In this document: in pieces, positions 1-8,622 of the stretch
How the letters are laid out: each line of letters opens with the position of its first letter
Numbering within the stretch: position 1 is the first letter of the stretch
NCBI GenBank assembly: GCA_965248055.1
Contig: CBDFIJ010000004.1
Coordinates: forward strand, 2,848,001-2,912,000
DNA length: 64,000 nt
Direction of reading: 5' to 3'
DNA from: Candidatus Multivoradales bacterium
GTDB lineage: Bacteria; Acidobacteriota; Thermoanaerobaculia; Multivoradales; JAHEKO01
Program-made: the position numbers and the translations under genes
The notes under the pieces: generated by a model
Databases searched by the model: none
What the model saw: only the letters and a program-made list of their open reading frames with translations
Told to the model about the DNA's origin: nothing

Positions 1-45
1 ATTAGTGATGGGATGAACGTAGAACTGCGAGTGATCGAGCGTTAG
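1..45 (+). CDS. 3' end of upstream gene, probably the RND periplasmic adaptor (MFP) subunit (partial)
   Basis: Frame ISDGMNVELRVIER* ends 7 nt before the RND permease start; xxDGxxV tail and position are typical of MFPs. Confidence 0.45.
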   Translation: MSDGMNVELRVIER

Positions 46-52
46 GCATTCG

Positions 53-3000
53 ATGCGTATCACTGATATTTGCTTACGCCATCGCCCGGCGGTTTTCTTT
101 ATCGCCGCAGCACTGCTGTTTGCTGGGCTCATTTCCTACATCTCGCTGCCCCGCGAATCGAGCCCGGAAGTTCAGATTCCGGTGATCAATGTGATCACCA
201 CCTATGCCGGAGCGGCGCCTACCGATGTCGAGAATCTAATCACCAATCCCTTGGAGCGCGAGCTTCAGGGAGTGGACGATTTGGACGAGATTCGGTCGAT
301 TTCGCGCGAGAGCGTATCGGTGGTGACGCTGGAGTTTGTTTCCGGCACCGACATCGATACCGCGATGCAAAAAGTACGAGAGCGAGTCGATCAGGCCAAG
401 GTCGACTTCCCCAATGACGCCGAGGATCCGGTCCTAGGCGAGATCAATTTCGCCGAATTTCCGATTCTGCAGATCAATCTGGCCGGCCCGGTGGGGCCAG
501 TGGTGTTGAAAGAGCTGGCGGAAGACCTCCAAGACGAACTGGAAGGGCTGCCAGGGATTCTTGCCGTTGACTTGATCGGTGGTTTGGATCGCGAAGTGCT
601 GGTGGAGGTCGACCCGCGAGCCCTGCGCTCCTACGGGCTGGCTTTGAACGACGTGGTCGAAGCGGTGCGTGATGAGAACGTTTCGATTCCTGGCGGCGAA
701 TTGGATTTGGGCGACACCTCGTTTGCTGTGCGGGTCCCGGGTGAGGTCGAGGATCCAGAATCGGTGCGTGACTTCGTGGTTTCAGCGCGCGGCGGGACGC
801 CGGTGTTTATCCGCGACTTGGCGACCGTGCGCTACGGCTTTGCCGACCGCATTTCCTACGCCAGGATCGACGGCGAAGAGTCAGTGGCTCTGACCATCCA
901 GAAACGACAAGGAGCCAACATCGTTGACGTTGTCGATGCCGCCAAGGTTCTGGTCGAGCAGGGCAAGGAGTCGTGGCCGGCGGGGTTAGGCGTCAGCTAC
1001 TTGGGTGATCAATCGCGCGACATTCGGCAGATGGTTTCGGATCTTGAGAACAACATCCTTTCTGGGTTGGTGCTGGTGGTTTTGGTGTTGATGGCGTTCC
1101 TCGGTTTCCGTACCGCACTGCTGGTGGGTCTGGCGATCCCGTTTTCCATGTTGCTGACCTTTTTGGTCATCGACCTCTCGGGGTTGACCCTCAACATGGT
1201 GGTCTTGTTCTCGCTGGTGTTGGCGGTCGGCATGTTGGTGGACAACGCGGTGGTGGTGATTGAGAACATCTATCGCCATCGCGAAGAAGGTTCTCCCCGG
1301 GTTCGGGCAGCATCCGAGGCGACCCGTGAAGTGGGCATCGCGATTCTGGTGTCCACTCTGACCACGGTGGCGGCGTTCGGCCCGCTGATTCGCTGGCCGG
1401 GAGTGATGGGCGACTTCATGGTGTATCTGCCGATCACCCTGATCGTTACCTTGTTGGCGTCTCTGTTGGTCGCCTACACCCTCAATCCGACTCTGGCGGC
1501 CAACTTTCTGCGTTCGCGGGAAGAACGCAAAGCGTCGTTGCGCCGCAGTTCACTGCGATCGACGCTCGATCGTTGGGAGCACAACCTCAACGATCTCTAT
1601 CGACGTGTGTTGGAGTGGGCCTTGGACCACCGGGCGCGCACTTTGATGTTGGCGCTGGGCACCTTCGTATTGGTGGCGGCAGCGTTCAGCGTGTTTGGAA
1701 CCGGAGTGGAGTTTGTACCCGAGACCGACCCGCGGCAGATCTTTGTCAACTTGGAGATGCCGGCAGGAACTCGCATCGAGAAAACCGATCAGGTGGTTCG
1801 TCGATTGGAGCAAGAACTGAGCGACACCCCTGACGTTGCGGTACTGGCGGCCAACGTCGGGGCCGGCAGCGAGAGCAACCAATTTGGCTTGGCTTCCGGA
1901 GGTGACGCCAACCGCGGCAGGGTGGTCTTGGACATGCTCGAACGCAAACAGCGAGAGCAAAATTCCTTCCTGACTGTCGATCAAGTGCGCCAGCAGTTGA
2001 AGAACTTCCCCCAGGGCACGGTGACTGTGGACTACTTCACCGACGGTCCGCCGCTCGGCGAAGCAGTGGCGATCGAGGTCACCGGCGATGACTTCAATAC
2101 CTTGGGAGCGATCGCCGCGCAGATTCGAGAAGCGATCACCGGAATTGACGAACTGGTCGGGCTGGAAGACGACTTCGACGCTGCTAGGCCAGAAATTGTG
2201 GTGACAGTCAATCGCACCGAAGCGCACCGCTTGGGGCTAACCACAGTGCAGATTGCCGGAATGCTGCGCACCGCCTTGTCTGGAACCGAAGCGTCCACCT
2301 ATCGCAAGGAAGAAGACGAAGCGGAGATCCGCGTACGCTTGGCGCCGCAGTTTCGCAGTTCGATCGATGACCTAAAAAGTCTCACCGTGGTCACCGATCC
2401 AGCCGGTGCCTTGGTGCCGATTTCGTCCGTGGCTCGCTTGGAGCGCGGAACCTCTTTGACTGCAGTACGCCACAAAGGGCGTAAACCGATGGTCACCGTG
2501 ACCGCCGAGGTCACCGAACCGAAGTTCGCCGACCCGGTACGCCAAGAAGCGATACGCCGGGTCGAGGCCTTGGATTTTCCGCCGGGTTACGAATGGGCGT
2601 TGGGCGGGCAAAGCGAGACTCAAGCTGAGTCCAGTAGCTTTCTGATGTCTGCTTTCGGAGCGGCTCTGATCCTGGTGCTGGCTTTGATGGTGGCGAAGTT
2701 TGATTCGCTGGCGCTGCCATTCATCGTTATGACCTCGGTGGGGATGTCGATGGTCGGCGTCATGGTCGGCTTGATGGTGACGCGCCTTCCTTTTGGCGTC
2801 ATCATGACTGGGTTGGGTGTGATCTCGTTGGCCGGAATCGTGGTCAACAATGCCATCGTTTTGCTCGACTACGCGGAGCAGCTGCGAGCTCAGGGATTGC
2901 CCCGGCGAGAAGTGGTGGTCAACACCGGCTTGCGTCGATTGCGCCCAGTCCTGCTCACCGCCATCACCACCATTCTGGGGCTGATTCCTCTGTCCACCGG

Positions 3001-3265
3001 CTATGAGTTTGATTTCAAACACTTCGTGTTCTCCAGCGGTGGCGAGAGCAGCCAATGGTGGCAAGGCATGGGCGTTGCGGTCATCTTTGGCCTGGCGATG
3101 GCGACTTTCTTGACTCTGATTCTGGTTCCGGTGCTCTACGACCTGTGGTTTCAGTGGCGCCAGCGGCGTCAAGGTGCTTCGGATGGGTCTGAGGATCAAC
3201 CTGTGGTTGAGGTCGACAACCGAGGAGATTTTGATCCAGACCAAGCCGAGCCGGAACTGATCTAG
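53..3265 (+). CDS. Efflux RND transporter permease (AcrB/AcrD/AcrF family)
   Basis: 1070 aa, two large periplasmic loops, GMLVDNAVVVIENI in TM4, GIVVNNAIVLLD and RLRPVLLTAITTILGLIPL motifs. Confidence 0.96.
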   Translation: MRITDICLRHRPAVFFIAAALLFAGLISYISLPRESSPEVQIPVINVITTYAGAAPTDVENLITNPLERELQGVDDLDEIRSISRESVSVVTLEFVSGTDIDTAMQKVRERVDQAKVDFPNDAEDPVLGEINFAEFPILQINLAGPVGPVVLKELAEDLQDELEGLPGILAVDLIGGLDREVLVEVDPRALRSYGLALNDVVEAVRDENVSIPGGELDLGDTSFAVRVPGEVEDPESVRDFVVSARGGTPVFIRDLATVRYGFADRISYARIDGEESVALTIQKRQGANIVDVVDAAKVLVEQGKESWPAGLGVSYLGDQSRDIRQMVSDLENNILSGLVLVVLVLMAFLGFRTALLVGLAIPFSMLLTFLVIDLSGLTLNMVVLFSLVLAVGMLVDNAVVVIENIYRHREEGSPRVRAASEATREVGIAILVSTLTTVAAFGPLIRWPGVMGDFMVYLPITLIVTLLASLLVAYTLNPTLAANFLRSREERKASLRRSSLRSTLDRWEHNLNDLYRRVLEWALDHRARTLMLALGTFVLVAAAFSVFGTGVEFVPETDPRQIFVNLEMPAGTRIEKTDQVVRRLEQELSDTPDVAVLAANVGAGSESNQFGLASGGDANRGRVVLDMLERKQREQNSFLTVDQVRQQLKNFPQGTVTVDYFTDGPPLGEAVAIEVTGDDFNTLGAIAAQIREAITGIDELVGLEDDFDAARPEIVVTVNRTEAHRLGLTTVQIAGMLRTALSGTEASTYRKEEDEAEIRVRLAPQFRSSIDDLKSLTVVTDPAGALVPISSVARLERGTSLTAVRHKGRKPMVTVTAEVTEPKFADPVRQEAIRRVEALDFPPGYEWALGGQSETQAESSSFLMSAFGAALILVLALMVAKFDSLALPFIVMTSVGMSMVGVMVGLMVTRLPFGVIMTGLGVISLAGIVVNNAIVLLDYAEQLRAQGLPRREVVVNTGLRRLRPVLLTAITTILGLIPLSTGYEFDFKHFVFSSGGESSQWWQGMGVAVIFGLAMATFLTLILVPVLYDLWFQWRQRRQGASDGSEDQPVVEVDNRGDFDPDQAEPELI

Positions 3266-3267
3266 GA

Positions 3268-3293
3268 GATAGGCCCCCGCCCGCCGGGATGAC
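3268..3293 (-). repeat. Degenerate dispersed copy of the GTCATCCC-tagged REP
   Basis: Reverse complement reads GTCATCCCGGCGGGCGGGGGCCTATC, same head as the 17.9-18.9 kb array units; just after the RND stop. Confidence 0.6.
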
Positions 3294-3648
3294 GGGAAGG
3301 CAGATGTGTTTGGAACTACAGACTGACGGTGCCTTCTTTATGGTGAGGGGTTTACCCCCTCCCGCTTCTGCTGCCCACCGTCGCTCTCGGGCTGCGTCCC
3401 GGCTCCTCTCCTTCCTTGTGACGGGACGACGAATGGGGTGACGCTGAAAGCTGATCGACCCTCTTCGTAGGGAGCAGGTGAAGCTGCCGCTCCGGCGCGC
3501 CAGGTATCCCCACACGCCCTTCTCGTATTTCGAAAATCTGGCGTTTGATTTGCACTAGCTTTTCGCGAGCAGCTACCGCCGAGCACAGTCCCATGGTTTC
3601 CAAGAAAACAATCACCAACCGTAAGGCGAAAAGGGCACGACTCGTTCC

Positions 3649-6066
3649 ATGAGGGCGGCCGGCTTCATTGGGAAAGGACTGTTGTCTGCCTTGGGTCGTC
3701 GTTGGGTGCTCTTGTCGGCTTGTACACTGGCCCTGTCCTTAGCTCTGTTTGGAATCTGGTTAACGCTGCCATTCTGGCGCCTGAGCCGACAGTTCGCCTC
3801 GTTTACCGCCGCTCGACCCAGTCACATTTACGCCCAACCTCTGACCCTGGAAGCGGGCCAGTCAGTCGGATCTGTGGATCGGCTGGCTAGCAAGTTACTC
3901 GCGTCGGGGTTTGTTGAAGTGGAGGATCGCCCAGCTGTGGGGACTTTCCGCAGACACGGGCAGCAGTTGGATCTAGTGACGCCCGAGGTTTTGACCGAGC
4001 TTGGCTGGCAACCCCCGAAGGCGCTGGCGATATCGATCTCGGGTTCCAAGATCAGCCAGCTGCGCACCAGCAGCAAGTCCGCTCAATCGGTTGCCGTCGC
4101 CTCACCGGTGGTGGCGGTATTCGTCGGTGACGATGGGGCGGAGCGGTTGCCAGTGCGGATTGGAGATCTCCCGGATCACGTCACGCGAGCGGTATTGGCC
4201 GCCGAAGACACCCGGTTCTATGAGCACTCGGGAATCTCTCCCAAGGGTATCGCGCGGGCGGCCGTGTCCAATGTACGCGGGGGTGGTCCGCTGCAGGGAG
4301 GATCGACGCTCACCCAGCAACTGGTAAAAAACCTCTACCTCACTCACGAGCGCACTTGGACTCGAAAACTGCGCGAAGCGGTGCTCGCCCTAATCATTGA
4401 CGCGCGCTACAGCAAGAATCAGATCCTAGAGGCCTATCTTAATGAGATTTATTGGGGCCGGAGTGGAGACGTCAACATTGCTGGTATCGGCGCTGCGGCT
4501 TCGGCCTACTTCAACAAATCAGCCCAAGAGCTCTCGGTTTCGGAGGCGGCTCTGTTGGCCGGGATGATTTCGGCGCCAGCCAATTATCTGCCCACGGTGC
4601 ATCCCGATCGGGCGGTGGATCGACGCAATTGGGTTCTGCGCCGGATGGAGGAGTTGCAGTGGCTGTCTCCCGAATTGGCCACCCGAGCTCAGGCTGAGTC
4701 ACTGCATGTTCGGACCACGCCGTTGATCGGCAGGCGGGCGGCCTTTTTTGTCGATCGCGTGGTGCGGGAGGCGAGTGACCGGTTTGCGCTGGTTGACTTA
4801 AAGACTGCGGGCTTTGACATCCTGTCGACCCTAGATCTTGGCGCTCAGCAAGCCGCGGAATCTGCGGTCGCCAAGCTCCAGAAACCCTCTGAAGAACAGG
4901 CACCTCCCGAGGTGGCGATGGTCTCGGTCGACGCAGAAACCGGAGCGATTCGGGCTTATCTGGGAGGCACCCGCTACGGTCGTAGTCAGTTTGATCGGGT
5001 ACGCCAGATGCGGCGTCAAGCCGGGAGTGCTTTTAAGCCGGTGGTCTACACCGCAGCTCTCGCCGCCGGTCGGATTACCCCTGCCAGTTTGTTGGTGGAC
5101 GAGCCGTTGACCGTTCAAATCGCCAGCCAGACGTGGAGCCCAGAAAATTCCAACGGTGAGTACCGCGGCTGGGTGACCGCGAGGCGGGCGATCGAAGACA
5201 GTTTGAATATTCCGACCGCTCGACTGGGCCTCGACATCGGCCTCAAACAAGTGGTTGAGGTTGCGCGCAAGATGGGAATCGAGGCGCCGTTAAAGCCCTA
5301 TCCATCTCTGTCCCTGGGTGCCTTTGAGGTCTCGCCACAAGAACTGGTCACCGTCTACGCGACCTTGGCCTCAGAAGGTGTGCGGCCGACGGTTCACGCG
5401 GTGGTTTCGGTGCGCGATCGGCGCGGCGAATTGGTCGAGGGAGAGCCCCTGGCATCGCGAGAGCGAGTGATCAGCCCACAAGTGGCATATTTGATGACTT
5501 CACTGCTGCGCGGAGTCATGGATCGCGGTACCGGTCGCTTCGCGCGTTCTTGGGGCCTATCGGACGGTTTGGCGGGCAAGACTGGAACCAGCAATGAGCG
5601 ACGCGACAGTTGGTTTGCCGGTTACTCTCCCGACATCGCCACTGCAGTGTGGGTGGGCTACGACGACAATGCGGCGACAAGCTTGGGCGGCGCTCGCGCG
5701 GCATTGCCGATCTGGACCGAATACATGAAAGCCACCCGTCCGGCCGGCGGCTATCCCGAATTTCGTCGCCCCGAAGGCGTCGAGTCGGCGTGGATTGACC
5801 CACTCACTGGATTCCTGGCGGCACCGGAATGCCCGACAGCAGTCAGCGAAGATTTTCTCAAGTCGGATGTTCCTGGCATCTTTTGCCCGATGCATCGCGG
5901 TCGGTTCCGCTACGTTTTCGGTCAAATCGACCCTCGTCAGTTACCACCAGGGGTTGAAATTGTCGGTCGACAGCGTGGTGAAGAGCCGGAGCAAACCGTG
6001 CGCAAGAAGAAACGCGGTTTCCTACGCCGAGTCTTTGGTCGGCGCAACCGACGCTCCGACGGCTAG
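3649..6066 (+). CDS. mrcB: Class A penicillin-binding protein 1B (transglycosylase/transpeptidase)
   Basis: N-terminal TM, UB2H-like segment, GT51 motifs EDTRFYEH and GGSTLTQQLVKN, transpeptidase SAFK, SLN, KTG. Confidence 0.9.
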   Translation: MRAAGFIGKGLLSALGRRWVLLSACTLALSLALFGIWLTLPFWRLSRQFASFTAARPSHIYAQPLTLEAGQSVGSVDRLASKLLASGFVEVEDRPAVGTFRRHGQQLDLVTPEVLTELGWQPPKALAISISGSKISQLRTSSKSAQSVAVASPVVAVFVGDDGAERLPVRIGDLPDHVTRAVLAAEDTRFYEHSGISPKGIARAAVSNVRGGGPLQGGSTLTQQLVKNLYLTHERTWTRKLREAVLALIIDARYSKNQILEAYLNEIYWGRSGDVNIAGIGAAASAYFNKSAQELSVSEAALLAGMISAPANYLPTVHPDRAVDRRNWVLRRMEELQWLSPELATRAQAESLHVRTTPLIGRRAAFFVDRVVREASDRFALVDLKTAGFDILSTLDLGAQQAAESAVAKLQKPSEEQAPPEVAMVSVDAETGAIRAYLGGTRYGRSQFDRVRQMRRQAGSAFKPVVYTAALAAGRITPASLLVDEPLTVQIASQTWSPENSNGEYRGWVTARRAIEDSLNIPTARLGLDIGLKQVVEVARKMGIEAPLKPYPSLSLGAFEVSPQELVTVYATLASEGVRPTVHAVVSVRDRRGELVEGEPLASRERVISPQVAYLMTSLLRGVMDRGTGRFARSWGLSDGLAGKTGTSNERRDSWFAGYSPDIATAVWVGYDDNAATSLGGARAALPIWTEYMKATRPAGGYPEFRRPEGVESAWIDPLTGFLAAPECPTAVSEDFLKSDVPGIFCPMHRGRFRYVFGQIDPRQLPPGVEIVGRQRGEEPEQTVRKKKRGFLRRVFGRRNRRSDG

Positions 6067-6104
6067 CGTCCAGGTCGAAGCGCCAAGCTTGGGACAAGTC
6101 GTTG

Positions 6105-8423
6105 TCAGAATTGAAAATGAACCCGAGCTGTGATCTCGCGCGGCGGGATCAGTTCGTCACTGGTGGTGTGCAAGCCAAAGGGGTTGGTAAACCGACTGTT
6201 GACCCCATCGCGGTCGAATAGGTTGGACGCCACCAAACTGACACTCCATCGCTGTCCCGCGGGCCCCAAGGACAAAGAAAAACTGACCGTGGTGTAGGCA
6301 GGGACTCGGTCGACCTGTGGGTGGTTGAAGACGCGATATTGGTACTCACCGCGATAGATGGCGTCGAGGCGCGGGGTCCACCAGAACCCCTGAAGGGTTT
6401 GAAAGCTACGGCTCAAAGCGACCCGCCCACTGAGGTCGACCAGTTTGGGCGGTTGATTGCCAGCTAGGTTGGTGCGCAGTCGCTGGCGTTGCGGGATCGC
6501 CGCTACGGTGAAACGCCCGACTCCAGAGTCGAGGAAATCGACCACATCGAGAGTTACAACGTCGCTGTCGATGGATCCATCGAGCAAGGTCGCCTGGCCT
6601 TCGACCTGCAAACCGCTGGCAAACTGCCAGCGAAACTCAGACTCTAGGCCGTGGATCGAGGTCTTGGGGATGTTTCCGGTGCCCGCGGCGAAGGGAACGG
6701 GGTCTTCCTGGATGTATTGGAAGTTGCTGTAATCGCTGTAGAAGGCGGTGGTGTTGAGATGGGCCCTGTGGTTGGCAAAAGCACTGCGGATTCCCACTTC
6801 GGCGGTGATGACCTCTTCCGGAGCGAAAATGATCGGTACATCCAACGCTCCGCCAATCAGGGCACCTGGATTGAGACCGCCATTCTTCCAACCGGTAGAC
6901 AGCGAAGCATAAAGCCGATGGTCAGGACGCAGCGCGAAGTCGGCCCCAAGTTTCCAGGTGATTTGATTGTCCTCGGTCGGTTGTTGCGAGTCGAGAAACC
7001 AGAACTGGGTGGTCTGATCGGTGGCTCGATCAATCTGATAGCGACCACCGAAGGACAGCGTCAACTTGGGCCGTACCGGATAATTCAATTGGCCGTAGGC
7101 GGCGCTATCGGTACGCGTGACTTCCCGGTCCTCGACAAACTCCAGGGGGGGTTGAAAAGGGGGCAGCGTGGTCGGCGAAGGATTGGCGATCTGTTGTTGG
7201 AAGGCGGATACCGGGGCAGGTCCGACCAACTCGACAAAAAAATTGTCATTGCGGTGTTTCAGATAGTAGAGGCCAGCAACCCAACTGGTGCGCTCGGAGT
7301 TGCCCAATAGGCTCACTTCTTGGCTGAATGCTCGCGAATTGTTGTTCCAAATCGGCAACAGATCGAAGTTGGCGGCACCGAAACCGGTTAGGTCGACGGT
7401 GACCAGATCTTCGGTGAGTCGATCTCCGTCTAACGACTGGTCTTTCTTCAGTTGCTGTAGCGCGGAAACCGATTGCACAAGCAGGCGATCACTGACCACA
7501 CCATTGACCAAGACCGAGGCGCGAGAGCTGCTCAGTCCGAAGGTGCTGGAGAAATCTTGAGTCAGTTGACGCGCAGCCGCATTGGGGTCCTGGCGGTTTT
7601 TTTGCGCTGCGCCGTGCTGGTCTGAGTTGTAGAGGGTGCCCGAGAGCCGAGCCGACCAAGAGTCGTTGGGCAACCACTGCACCGCCAGCCGTGCCGACTG
7701 GGCATGCGCATCATCCAATGGATAGCCGTCCAGATCGCCGCCTGTAATCGCCGCGAAGCCGTCGCGATCCAGAGTCTTTCCTGAGGCTCGCATCGCGGCG
7801 TGGTTCCCCAGCGGCAGATTCCAGTACCCGGAACCCTCGAAGCGAGAAAAACTGCCAAGCCCGAGGGTTACGCCACCATCAAGATTGCCGAGAGTGGGCC
7901 TTCTGGTTACCAAATTGACCGCGCCACCGATTGCACTTTGACCGAACTCGGTACCTTGCGGACCGCGGAACACCTCGACTCGCTCCAGATCGTCCAGTTC
8001 CAGACCAAATGCCAACGGATTGGCGATGTAGACCCCATCGACGTAGAGCAGCACACCGGGCTGGGTGCTGAGATTCTGTGCGGTCTCCCAGCCAACGCCA
8101 CGCATCGACACCACGCGGCCAGCGCCATCGTTCTTACTAACAGTCAGTCCGGGCACCAGCCCGTTGAAGTCGTCGAGCTTGCTGAGGTTGAGGCGGCTAA
8201 GGTCTTCTGCAGAGGCCACCGATACCGCGGCGGGAACCAGCTCCAGAGAAGAGGTCTGCTTCTGAGACCTGACCGTGATCTCCTCTTGAGCCCGCGTGGC
8301 TTTTGGCTCAGGCTGTGCTGCCAGGGGCACTGTCAAGAGGCCAATCGCCCAAAGTGCCAGTCGAAGCGATCTCTGACAAAGCGACTGCACACGAAAGGAC
8401 CGGACGTAGAGATGGAGCGGCAT
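6105..8423 (-). CDS. TonB-dependent receptor
   Basis: Signal peptide, TonB-box-like EEITV, plug motif LERVEVFRGPQGT..G..AIGGAVN, C-terminal Phe. Confidence 0.95.
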   Translation of the reverse strand: MPLHLYVRSFRVQSLCQRSLRLALWAIGLLTVPLAAQPEPKATRAQEEITVRSQKQTSSLELVPAAVSVASAEDLSRLNLSKLDDFNGLVPGLTVSKNDGAGRVVSMRGVGWETAQNLSTQPGVLLYVDGVYIANPLAFGLELDDLERVEVFRGPQGTEFGQSAIGGAVNLVTRRPTLGNLDGGVTLGLGSFSRFEGSGYWNLPLGNHAAMRASGKTLDRDGFAAITGGDLDGYPLDDAHAQSARLAVQWLPNDSWSARLSGTLYNSDQHGAAQKNRQDPNAAARQLTQDFSSTFGLSSSRASVLVNGVVSDRLLVQSVSALQQLKKDQSLDGDRLTEDLVTVDLTGFGAANFDLLPIWNNNSRAFSQEVSLLGNSERTSWVAGLYYLKHRNDNFFVELVGPAPVSAFQQQIANPSPTTLPPFQPPLEFVEDREVTRTDSAAYGQLNYPVRPKLTLSFGGRYQIDRATDQTTQFWFLDSQQPTEDNQITWKLGADFALRPDHRLYASLSTGWKNGGLNPGALIGGALDVPIIFAPEEVITAEVGIRSAFANHRAHLNTTAFYSDYSNFQYIQEDPVPFAAGTGNIPKTSIHGLESEFRWQFASGLQVEGQATLLDGSIDSDVVTLDVVDFLDSGVGRFTVAAIPQRQRLRTNLAGNQPPKLVDLSGRVALSRSFQTLQGFWWTPRLDAIYRGEYQYRVFNHPQVDRVPAYTTVSFSLSLGPAGQRWSVSLVASNLFDRDGVNSRFTNPFGLHTTSDELIPPREITARVHFQF

Positions 8424-8622
8424 GAGAGGTTTTTTTTTGGATTACTAAATGGTGACAGCCGTGATTTTTCGGCGACTCTAGTGATCCATCGCCCGCGCGT
8501 CTAGCTTGAACTACGACTAAACAGGGTCGGAAGGTTCGGAGACAGTTTTCGCGATCGGTACGAACGGACACTGGCGCACGATGCCGCTCGCAGTCGCGGT
8601 AAGCTGGGGTGTTTAGAGCGCC

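Noticed and set aside
3338-3520. tmRNA, tRNA-Sec, SRP, c-di-AMP or ykkC riboswitch identity for the structured intergenic region
   Set aside because: Only fragmentary similarities (minus-strand end CACCA; GGGACGCAGCCCGAGAG); required conserved cores are missing
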